Positions 53,101 to 64,000 of a stretch of 64,000 bases of DNA are shown here, piece by piece; the stretch's first letter is position 1; each line of letters begins with the position of its first letter. The notes under the pieces are model-generated. The model made no database searches. It was not told where the DNA came from and worked only from the letters and a program-made list of their open reading frames with translations. The DNA is from Octopus sinensis (lineage: Eukaryota). Location of the stretch: positions 56,730,001 through 56,794,000 of the forward strand of contig NC_043007.1 in assembly GCF_006345805.1 (NCBI RefSeq). Reading direction: 5' to 3'. A program made the position numbers and the translations under genes.

Positions 53101-53349
53101 CATCATGTTCGACAGGAGAGTCCATCATTATTATTAAGGTATCAAGCTGGCAGAATCGTTAGCACGCTGGATGAAATGCTTAGCGGTATTTCGCCCGTCG
53201 CGACGTTCTGAGTTCAAATTCCGCTGAGGTGGACTTTGCCTTTCATCCCTTCGGGGTCGATGAAATAAGTACCAGTTGAGCACTGGGATCAATGTAATCC
53301 ACTAGTCCCCCTCCCACCAATTTCAGGCCTTGTGTCTATAACAGAAAGG

Positions 53350-53385
<36 letters not shown>

Positions 53386-53938
53386 GAGTGAGAGAGCAGT
53401 GCATGCCATCAAAGTGACACTGGGGTAAAATATACGAAGCCCAATATACCCATCATGATTACCCGTCTGATAAGGGTACACCAGGCACATGCATCACAAC
53501 CATATGTGCGCGACATGGTGATCTCATATCAAGATAAACAGCACATGACCTTGCGGGTGGGTCCCATTTAGAATTTTATTCAGGTTGAGTAGCCCATCCC
53601 GCTCAAAAGGTCCCTGAATAAGGGTTGTTTAAGGATGTTGAAAGAACCACCCATGTTTCCAGAGGTGAATTATTCAAACCCCAAAGAATCCCTCTCAACA
53701 CATGGCTATGATGCTCCTCCACTACATCTGCTCGTGATCAGAGATGCACATATCATCAGCCACTAAAGGACATGCTCAACTGGTTAAGGTCAAACAACTG
53801 ACAAGCAAATCTGTGGTATTGAGCAGAATATTTGCTGTAGCCCATCTTTTATACCAAGACAACACAATGTACATGATAACACTTCCAATCAGTTAAGATC
53901 AGAAGCCATGAGAGCAACTGCCGGTACTGCATCAGGGC

Positions 53939-53940
<2 letters not shown>
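53386..53940 (-). mobile_element. Full-length (~555 bp) copy of the (AAT)n-associated non-coding element
   Basis: Reverse complement of 41399-41919, flanked by (ATT)n on both sides. Confidence 0.87.
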
Positions 53941-54016
<76 letters not shown>

Positions 54017-54019
<3 letters not shown>

Positions 54020-54482
54020 TAGTTTTATTTTTATAGCGTGCTTTCACTTCACTACCGAGCACAGCTCTGTGTGCCTTGGGTATGTGCTGTGATTTGTTGT
54101 GATGCTCTGATGGTTATTATATGGAAAGTGTTCTGCGTAGGATGTATGCAGTGCCTAGTAGTGAAATTTTCTGTATGTTATATGTGTTTGTAAGTCCTGG
54201 TGTTTTTGTTATGTATTTGTCTGAATATTTTTTTATCATGCCTAATGCACCTACTATGATAGGAATTGTTTCTGTTTTCAGATTCCACATTCTAGTTACC
54301 TCTATTTCCAGGTCTTTGTATTTTGAGAGTTTCTCCATTTCTTTTAGAGACACGTTGTCATCAGCCGGTATTGATACATCAATTAGAAAGCATTTTTTTT
54401 CTTCATGATCTCTGACAACTATATCTGGTCTGTTGGCCTTAATTTCTCTATCTGTGTGTATTCGCATATCCCAGAGTATGGT
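54017..54482 (-). mobile_element. 5'-truncated R4/Dong-type RLE fragment in (AAT)n
   Basis: TILWDMRIHTDREIKANRPDIVVRD...LIDVSIP...KYKDLEIE...LGTAYILRRTLSI. Same 3' UTR family as 34688. Confidence 0.9.
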
Positions 54483-54619
54483 TATTATTATTATTATTAT
54501 TGTTATTATTATTGTTATTATTATTATCATCATCATCATCATCATCATCGTTATTGCTGTTGTTGTTGTTGTTGTTATTATTATTATTATTATTATTATC
54601 ATCATCATCATCATCATCA

Positions 54620-54671
<52 letters not shown>

Positions 54672-57600
54672 TATTATTATTATCATCATCATCATCATCA
54701 TTATTATCATTATTATTTGTCTTTTCTTACGGCTTTACATTCTGAGTTCAAATGCCGCTGAAGTCGACTTTGCCTTTCATTCTTCCAAGGTAGATGAAAA
54801 CAAAATACCAATTGCGAACTGGGATCGATGAAATCGATTACCTTGCTCCCCCAAATTTTAAGCTTTGCGCTTATATTAGAGAGATTATCATTATTATCTA
54901 TTTTCCAAAGGCCACAGGCCTTAGGGCATCGGAAAAAAAGAACACTTTGCAGTATTTCTTCAAACTCTTTATGAGTTCAAACCCCAGCGATGTCCCCCTT
55001 CCGGAATTGGTAAAATAAAGTACCTGTCAAATAATGGGATCGGTGGTATTTTTAACGTCAAGCCCAAATAAGGAACCATTTAAAGGGGCAAGGAACTGGC
55101 AGAGTAGTTAGGGCGTCGCCTAATATGCTATACTGTTTTGTTCATCGTTTCAGGGTCGATGAAAAAAAGTACCAGTTTGGGATTCAATGTTGGGATTCAT
55201 TTAAGCGTCTTTGCTCTAAATTACTGGCATTGCGATAAATCAGAAACAAGTATTATTTCCTACTTCCAGCTGAGCAGGTTTCCTTCGGAAGCAGCTAGTT
55301 CGTTTTTTAAAGGCGGTGTCGAAGATTACAGACTTCATCATCATCACCATCACCATCATCACCAACAATATCAACAACTATACATCAACAGAACTACCAG
55401 CGCCACTTCCATTCGCCAAAACAATTTCGTAAACAATTTTTTTATTCCTTTCCATTTAGGTTAATCAATATAAAAAAGAGAGAGAGAGAGATTATGTTCT
55501 TATTGAGAGTTTTTACTATTTTCTTTTAATATTTTGTTGTCTATGATGCATACTTTGTTTATATTTCAATATTCTCCACGTTGTTCGTGTTGTTGCTGCT
55601 TTTGCTGTTGCTTGGGTTATTTATGCTAGCGATGTTGTTTTTGCTGTAATTGACTGTCATCTGTTATTGTTGTTGTCTCTGTTTTTGTTGTTGCTTCGCC
55701 TCACGTCAGCAGTAATATGGCAGATCTATGGTCAAAGTTTTCCAGTCTTGAGTAGAAGCACATAGTTCAGTGTGTCCTTCTTTTTAAGGCAGTAGCGTGT
55801 GATCTGAAGGAAATTCATGAGTTATTTCTTGCAGGGAGATACATTGAGGTTCCTTCGTTGACTTCTTGTTGTTGTTGTTGTTGTGTTGTTGTTGTTGTTG
55901 TTGTCGTCGTCGTCGTCGTCGTCGTCGTCATCTTTGTTGTTGTTGTTGAACTCCAGTGCCGCCTTGATACAACATGCCAATTATCAAATGCATTGCATAT
56001 GACCATACCGTCTGATTTGTTCTTTTTTGATAGTTGGATATGATTTGAGGAAATGTTGCTACTATTTTAGCAAAATGAGAAACAATGAAGAGCCTCCTTC
56101 GTTGTTCGTATTAATAGCTCTTGCAGTATTATTGTTGTTGTTACTGTGGTCGAACAACATTATTGTTGTTGTTATTGTTTCGGTTGGATTAATTCTTAAT
56201 CTATGCTGCAATCATTTCTTTTGTTAGTACTGATATAAGGAAGTCGGTGAACTGGCAGAATCTTTAGCAGCATTTTGTTCATCTTTATGTTCTGTGTTCA
56301 AATTTCGGCGAGGTCGACTTTGCCTTTTATCCTTTCGCATTCGATAAAATAAGTACCAGTTGAGTACTGGTGTCATCGTAATCGACTTACCCCTCCCATA
56401 AAATTGCTGGCCTTATGCCAAAATTTGAAACTATTATCGACATAGGGACATACACTGGAGTAGGTGGGGAAATATAGTTGATTGGTAATAATTTTAACCA
56501 ATCCGGAATGTTAAAAGGCAATAAAGTCAACATAGATAGAGTTTGTCTGGTGCATTAAAACTTTTACACAATACCCGCCTTCAGTTATATTCTTTCAAAT
56601 TTTGTCACAAAGTCAGCAATTTTAGCGGTAAGAGTCAAGTAGATTACAGTGACCCCAATACCTGACTGGTACTTTATTTTATCGCCTGCAAAAGATGAAA
56701 AATAAAGTTAACATCAGCGGTTTTTTAAATCAAAACGTAAAGAGCCGGAAGATACATCGCTAATAATAATTCTTCCTGCAATAAGCATAAAGCCTGAAAT
56801 TGCCTTCAATAATAATTATTATTATTGTAATGACTACGGCGGCGAGCAGGCAGAAGCGTTAGCACGCTGGCGAAATGCCTAGCGGTATTTTGCCCATCGT
56901 TACGTTCTAAGTTCAAATTCTGCCGAGGTCTACTTTGCCTTTCGTCCTTTCGGGGTCGATAAAATAAGTACTAGCTGAACACTGGGATCGATGTAATCGA
57001 CTCATCCCCCATCTCCTCCAAGCTGCCCTTGTGGCAAAAATGTGAAATAAGTATTATTACAATGACAAAGGTGACGAGCTGGCAGAATCGTTAGGACACC
57101 GGGCGAAATGCTTAGCGGTATAGAACATAAAATGTTCTGAGTTCAAATTCTGCCGAGGTCGACTTTGCCTTTCATCCTTTCGGGGTCGATTAAATAAGTA
57201 CCAGTTACGCACTGGGGTCGATATAATCGACTTAATCCGTTTGTCTGTCCTTGTTTGTCCTCTCTATGTTTATTCCAGGGTGGGCAATAAAGAAATTAGA
57301 ATCGTTAGCATTTCGTCTATCTGTACGTTCTGAGTTCAAATTCCTCCGAGGTGGACTTTACCTTTCCTCCTACTGGTATCGATGTGTACATTTGAGTACT
57401 GGAGTAGATGTAATCGACTAGCCCCTCTCCCAAATTTCAAGCCTTAAGCTTATTGTAGAATGGGTTATTATTGTAATGACAGTAAGAGCAGCAGAAACAA
57501 TAATAATAATGCTTCTACTATAGGCCTGAAATATGGTGGAGGGGACTAGTCGATTACATCTGCTCCAGTGTTTCCCTGGTACTTAATTTATCGACACTGA

Positions 57601-57759
57601 AAGGATGAAAGGCAAAGTTAACCTCGACGAAATACCACTAAGTGTTTCGTACCACAGCTAACAATAGCTAAAGAAAAAGGCAAAAAAAAACCCATAAAAC
57701 TCTTCTCTAAAACAGTATCATTTGCTCAAATAATAGGGTCATGGAAAAGATTCCTTGAA

Positions 57760-57880
57760 CAATCGAAAGCCGAGTGCAGAAAAATGCACAGATGAATATC
57801 GTGGGACCAGGCATGATATCCCGTCTAGAGCAACAGTTGCACGGCGCTGAAGACCGGCCAACTGGAAGGTTGGATGAGAC
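57760..57880 (+). pseudogene. Possible RTE-type LINE C-terminal fragment
   Basis: RLEQQLHGAEDRPTGR resembles the RLPKQLLYGEL..GxRPxGRP motif. Short match. Confidence 0.35.
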
Positions 57881-59828
57881 ATCAAAGAACTCACCAACCA
57901 CTTACCTTTGCCCAACCACATTGTCAAATTCATGTTGAGAATAACGTACTAGTCAAATCCTGAAACAGATATAATCGGTTAACCCCTCCCTTCAATTTTC
58001 TGGTTTTATTCAATTGACAGTGGATAAACGGAACGAAATGCATTGCGGTATTTGTTTCGGTTCTTAATGATCGACGTTCAGTTTTGCCGAAGCCAACATT
58101 ACCTTTTATCCTTTCGGGCTCTATGGAATAAAGCAGCCAGAACTGGCTTATCAGTTTCGACCAATCCAGCCTCTTAAAACCACGGGTTTTGGACCAAATT
58201 TAGAAACCGTTATTCACTTCAAATTTTGACACAAAGCCAGCAATTTCGAGGCGGGGTTAAGTCGATTATACCGACCACAGTGCTCAACTGGTACTTATTT
58301 TATTGACGCCTAGAAAGATGGAAAGCAAAGTCGAGCTCGGCGGAATTTGAACTCAAATTGTGAAGACAGACGAAATGCCGCTAAGGATCTTGTCCGGTGC
58401 GCTAACGATTTTTTCAAGCTCGACGCTTTAATTTACAACACCATTACTATTTTAAATATTCATAATAATGTTTTGTTTTTGCTATTTATATATTTATCAA
58501 TTATATACTTTATTATTTAGTTTTATAGGGCGTCAAGCTGGCAGAATCATTAGCGCGCCAGACGAAATGCTTAGTGGAATTTCGCCCGTCGGTACGTTCT
58601 GAGTTCAAATTCCGCCGAGGTCGACTTTATCTTTCGGGGTTGATAAATTAAGTACCAGTGAAACCCTGGGGGTCGATGTAATGGACTAGTCCCCTCCCAC
58701 TGAATTTCAGGCCTTGTTCTTTTAGTAGAAATAATTATTTAGTTTTGTGTTTCTTTTTTTATTTCTTTATATCATTTACATTTAAAATTTTATGTTTTTC
58801 TTCTATCATATAATTATGACAACGATAACAAACATTGATTAAATGAATTATGACGACAGTGAGCAGCAGCAGCGGCGGCGGCAGTAGCAGCCTTATTACA
58901 ATGAACACATGAATAACAACATCAATACCAAAAGCAGCGCCAGCAAATGCATTGATGGAATACCTATAATTGTATCGAGGATATAATACCGTATTTCCTG
59001 TTTGTAACACATGTAACGAAAGGAGTGTAAAGAGTTATTTCCCTGTGATTGTTTAAGGGGAAGACAAATGAGGTGGAGGATGAGATGTGTCGGAAACAGA
59101 GCGGTAGGTTGAGACAGGTGGAGAGAGGAAGAGAAATAGCAGAAGACTGAAATAAGAGAATAAAAAACGGAATCTAAGCAGAAAAAGGGAACGAAGTAAA
59201 AGCAAATGCTTTAATTCCTATTTTCTTTCATTAAACTTGCTTGTTGCATTGATTGATGTACTCAACTAACGTTTAAATGCATATATGTATGTACATAAAT
59301 ACCTATTATATTATATAGTCATAGGCTCTCAACACCTTGAAAATCGTAGGAGTACCATCGTGACATACGGCGTGTCTTGGTCAATTTTTGATCTGGCAGA
59401 GCTCATCCCCCTCAACGTCCGATCACAGCTGATTTCTTCCAGAAGAGAATAAGTCAGACAGAAATAGTGAAGTAAAAGAAAGAGAAGGATCGGTCCTGGT
59501 ACTTGACTGGTACTTTATTTATGAATCCTAAAAGGATGAAAGGTATAGTTTACCTCAGCGGGATTTGAACTCTGAGTAATTTTAACTGTTTCCTTCGATG
59601 TAATGACTCTGCCAAATGGTCGAATTGTATATATATGTACGTGTATGCGTATGTCAGAGCTACATGTATATATACACACTACTAAAGTAATTCACTTAGT
59701 TAAGATCAATACATAAGTCTTCATCATTTCTTCGGTAACATAAACCCTACCACACTTTTTCCTCCGAATGACTATGCATCTACAATCCAATATATTACAC
59801 AAGACAAAGAAAAAGAAGAATGTTGATA

Positions 59829-59862
59829 ACAGGCATGGCTGTGTAGTAAGAAGCTTGCTTCC
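59829..59862 (+). mobile_element. Isolated 5' head of SINE family A, cut off by the LINE that follows
   Basis: ACAGGCATGGCTGTGTAGTAAGAAGCTTGCTTCC, then an abrupt switch to unrelated sequence. Confidence 0.75.
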
Positions 59863-62800
59863 GCTCGTTGACTGAGGTCAGTGTTGTTTTGCACCGAAAG
59901 GAATTTTATCGTTTAATATTGGATTTGTTACTGTTGGACTTGTTATGGTATTTTGGGCTTTTTATTATTGTTGAACTTCGTGCTGTTGCCCGGTATACCG
60001 AGTAATATAAATTGTTTTTTTCTTTTTGTAGCCATTGTGGCAATTTTTAAACAAAATACTGCAAAAAAATTGGACTTGTTAAAGTCGTGTTAGACTTTAT
60101 TTTTGTGCACCGCCCTTTATAAGCTGTTTTTGCGAAAAATTATTTTGTGATTTTTGTGTTATATTTTCTTGTGTAATTAGTTTCGGCCGAGTATGTCGGT
60201 CGATATTATACACGAAAAATGCACTCTCGAAGAGAGTAATGTTAATCCCGTAAAAACTTTTCGGCGGTTGCCGCTGTTGCAACCGAAAACATTGATATTC
60301 CTGTTGAGAAGCTACAGGAATATTTCAAGAGAATGAAAGAGGAGGATGGGGATATAAAAATATCACCCTCCTCCAAGACGGTTGAAACGGACCGAAAAAC
60401 AATAATATCTAAATCGTTCTGTCCGAAAAACAGACGATTTAAACATTTCGTAAAAGAGAAAATTGAAAAATGTCTTGCTCGGATTTGGAAAGACGTAACG
60501 TATATTGCAAGGAGCTGGACATATGGCACCGTTGAGGTGCGTTTCGCTCTGTGGGCCTCCTGAAAACAGATGTTGTGCTTCTACCAACTTACATGGGAAG
60601 GCGGACTTCTCGTGTAAAGGTGACAGAAGTGCCACCAGAAGTAGACCCGAGAGAAGTGATGGCTGCCCTGTTGTTTAACAGGGCGGACAAGATCCAATTC
60701 CTCCAGATTACATGCTCTGCCTCCCAGAATCGGCTCGGACAGAACATCTCGGCAATTATTCAGGGGACCCAGGAAGACATTGAAATGCTTCCAGACGGGG
60801 TACTCGTGGGTGAGAATATTGTATTGAGAATCTCTATTGAAGGTAAAAAAAACCCACCTGCTTCGATTGTAGCAAAAAGGGCCACATTCGGGCAGATTGT
60901 GAATTTTAAAAAAGGAAAAAACGCAGACACCAGACCCTTCAAACTCAAAAATACCCCCACTCCCACACATGCACCATCCCCACAAAGACAAAAACTCCCA
61001 TCCACCCATGCAGCGGTGTCAATACCCAAACGGAACATTGGAAATAAAAACTCCCAACCCCTATACACACAAGCCCCTACAGAAATAAAATTACCCATAC
61101 CCCTGAAATCTAAGCCACCTGAAAACACAAACGCAACTCACCCAGACGATACCATAGAGATATCGGAGGGGAAGTTTACTATGGTACGCAAGCGTACATT
61201 GACACCATCCCAACAGACACAACGCCACAGAAATTTTTTTAAAAGACCCCGGCCAACTGTCACCGCAGAGAAAAGAATACTAGTGGAATTTAACACTAGG
61301 CACGATTATACCCGTGATATCCTAGAGTCACATCACACTATACCCTGTACATAAGGATTTGAAAAAACAATGTGCCTGGATAGGGGAAACCCTATACAGG
61401 CAACTGAAGTACAGGAATCCAACAGCCATCTGGAGGATTGTGGGTGGACCTGCCCGGCTATCTGAAGAAGGAGAAGGAAGGGGCAGCTATACGCGTGGTG
61501 AAATCGACTCCAACCTCTCCAGTAAAGAGTAAGTACGGCCCTTACTTTTTATACAATGGCCTTACTTAACCTTGGTTGATTGAATTGCGTGGTCTGAGTT
61601 CAAGTGGAAGCCGGCTTGTTTCCTCGACGACCTCAGATCACACGATATACATATGATAGTTGCTACAGAGACCAAGTTAGGCAGTCTACAAATCTTCTCG
61701 CCACTCCTGAATGGCTATGAAAAAATCATGTCTCCTGGCCAGACCAGAGGACAAGTAGTGGTACTGATCCGTAAAGATTTGTGTTGACTCGACTGGTATA
61801 AAAGTAAACTCACGTCTCGTGGATCTGCTTAAGCGTTTTCAGCTGGCAGACCGTTACAAGCTTGACCATCCGAGCGTCCCAGCGTGGACCTGGATTAGTG
61901 GCAACAGAAAGCTCAAATCTTACTTAGAAGGGATAGTGATAAGAACTAGAAATAAGGCTAGTTTTAGCTGTCCACAGCTTGTTCAAGCATCCTACACTGA
62001 CCATAGAATGGTTAAGTGTAGGCTGAACACAGATAGCATAGTTAAGCGAGGATCTGACTACTGGAAGCTGAACAAGTCTATTTTGACTTGCGAGGCATAC
62101 GGTAGCGGGATTAAGGAACTAGTACAGAGGGCGTTAGCTGGAGCCGTGGTTATCAACCGGTGGTGGTTCGCCCTCAAGAGAGCCATTCGTTTTGAGTCAA
62201 TTAAGTTTAGCCATCAGCTAAAACTAGATCAGCCCAGAATAGAAGGGCAATTAGTTAAGGACTTAGAGGAGACGTTGAGGTTGGGCTCTGCATCCAGGAC
62301 GGCCTTGGACCGTCACCTCAAAGCCAAACACGAGGGGTGCAGAGTTCGGGCTAAAGTGTGAGCATTGTGCCGTGAGGGGATTAATGTTGCCGGATGGGCC
62401 CGTACGGTAGAAACCCAGCGTGGCAATGATACCACAATTAGGTCTCTGGTGCATGACAGTGGGTGTTCGGTCGAAGGACAGAACGAGATGTGTGAGGCGC
62501 TTCACAAGCACTTTGCCGAGTTGTTCGGGGGAGCGGGTCGCTGGATCATGGTGAAGCCCTTAGGGACTTCATGTCTGACGGCCCGCGTCTCTCTGCACAG
62601 CTGAGTGCTGTGAGGGGATAATCACAGCCGAAGAGGTGATTAAGGTACTGGCCGAGTGCCCCGGTGAGAGGTCGCTGGGTCTCGATTGTCTACCTTATGA
62701 ATTTTATAAAAGCATGCCAGACTTGTTCGGGCACCTGCTGGCCAGCGTTTGTGCCAATTGGCAAATTCCCAAGTCTGCAAGCCGACAGGTAGTGATGCTG

Positions 62801-64000
62801 ATCAGCAAGGACCCGAGCAAGCGGGACGAGATAAGTAATTTCAGGCCCATAACTCTGCTGACAGAATTAAAGATTTTGGCCAATGTGCTAGCGAAAAGGT
62901 TGGCGCGAGTCGTGGGCAGACTTGTTGGGGAGACGCAAACCTGCGCCATCCCAGGCAGGTCGATCCACAATCTCCACCTTATACGCTACTCCTTAGAGAA
63001 GGTAGGGAAACTTTCTGGCGTAGAGGGGCACTGGTACATTTAGACCAGTCTAAATCCGCTGTTGGATTGCTGTTTTGTACAGCGACATCGAGTCTGTCGT
63101 AAAAGTGAATGGTTTCTTCTCGAAACCATTCAGGATCAAACGCTCAGTGTGTCATGTGTGTCCCCTGTCCGCGCTTCTGAATTTGTTGGCTCTTGAGCCA
63201 TTGCTGCGGAAGTTGGAGGCACTAAGGTGCGCGCCAAAGGATCTGTGGTGTGGAAAAGGAGCTACTGCGTATGCGGATGACATCTCCATCATCGTGGCGG
63301 ATGAGGGCCAGCTTTCCGTGGTGGAAGAGGCCATCAAAAGTTACGAGGCGGTGACAGAGCAAAAGTTAACAAGAATAAGTCAGTCGTTTTGCAACTCGGC
63401 ACCTGGAGGGACAAGCCGACGTGCAATAACGTCGTGGAACGTTAGACGGAGGGTCCTGTGAAGCTGCTTGGGTCTAGTTTGGTCCAGACCTCCAGATCGA
63501 GAAAAATTGGAGTGAGGTAACCAGCAGGGGGACTGCTGTAACACAGCCCTGGTCTGGGCGGGCGGTATCTTTGCCAGGGAAGGCGGAGGTGGTGCAGATG
63601 TTTATAGCATCAGTTATCACCTACCGTCTGACCATGGTAACCTACCCCGATTTGTGGCTGAACAAGTTGGAGAGAATCATTTTCTGCTATTTGTGGAAGG
63701 GAGGAAAGCCACTTGTGAAGCGCTGTCTGCTGCCAGAAACCGCTAAAAGGTGGATTAGGGAAGTCTTGGCTGAAGATGCGAAAACTCGCGTTAAGGTTGA
63801 GGCACCTCTGGCTTTACCTGGATTAGGAGCAGGTGTGGTAACCGCACGTCCGGTTCCACCTTCTGTGTTTAACGTCATTAAGGGACATTGAAGCATGGAT
63901 CAAGCAGAAACCTAGGCTGGCTGACTGGTAATTGGTATATGGATAATTACCAGAAATCCTGGTTTGGCAGTGCTTCTGTGCGGCGTTACCTCTTCGAGAT
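59863..64000 (+). mobile_element. Tx1/L1-clade LINE (5' UTR, ORF1 with CCHC knuckle, ORF2 AP endonuclease and RT), frameshifted, runs off the window
   Basis: CFDCSKKGHIRADC at 60859-60900. Endonuclease remnants VATET, SYTDH and YWKLNKSIL. RT remnants GLDCLPYEFY, FRPITLL, KILANVLAKRL, QTCAIPGRSI, CPLS.LL and AYADDISI. Confidence 0.92.

Larger units (their letters stand above)
53138..59575. mobile_element. Dense cluster of about 12 SINE family B copies in both orientations
   Basis: Approximate copies: 53138(+), 54720(+), 56240(+), 56575(-), 56838(+), 57070(+), 57297(+), 57510(-), 58070(+), 58215(-), 58529(+), 59480(-). They share TTCTGAGTTCAAATTC..CCGAGGTCGACTTT..GGGGTCGAT. Confidence 0.8.

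Noticed and set aside
53138-59575. Repeated ~35-bp motifs with variable spacing resembling a CRISPR array
   Set aside because: These are SINE copies in both orientations with irregular spacing in eukaryotic DNA, and no cas genes are present.

Overview
AT-rich, microsatellite-dense animal genomic DNA. The repeat landscape suggests an octopus or other coleoid cephalopod; this is an inference. There is one clear host gene: a gremlin-like DAN-family BMP antagonist whose whole CDS (10057-10689, +, 210 aa) sits in one exon, starting 1 nt after a canonical splice acceptor. Everything else recognisable is repeat-derived: a Tc1 remnant, a full-length dead mariner, three Tx1/L1-type LINE remnants, a decayed CR1/L2-type LINE, Penelope-like element (PLE) remnants, several tRNA-derived SINE families and MITE/foldback elements. 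Three observations stand out. (1) R4/Dong-type RLE retrotransposon copies of three subfamilies, plus a ~520-555 bp non-coding element with fixed ends, all sit in (AAT)n microsatellites in the same orientation, which suggests a microsatellite-targeting autonomous/non-autonomous pair. (2) A type I hammerhead ribozyme fold lies at 39991-40041 in a PLE-like terminal repeat, and a second copy of its core is inside a perfect 57-bp palindrome 1.25 kb downstream of gremlin. (3) A Tx1-like LINE begins exactly in the anticodon-loop-equivalent of a SINE head. Most ORFs in the supplied track are microsatellite translation artefacts. All calls are by eye and no database search was run.
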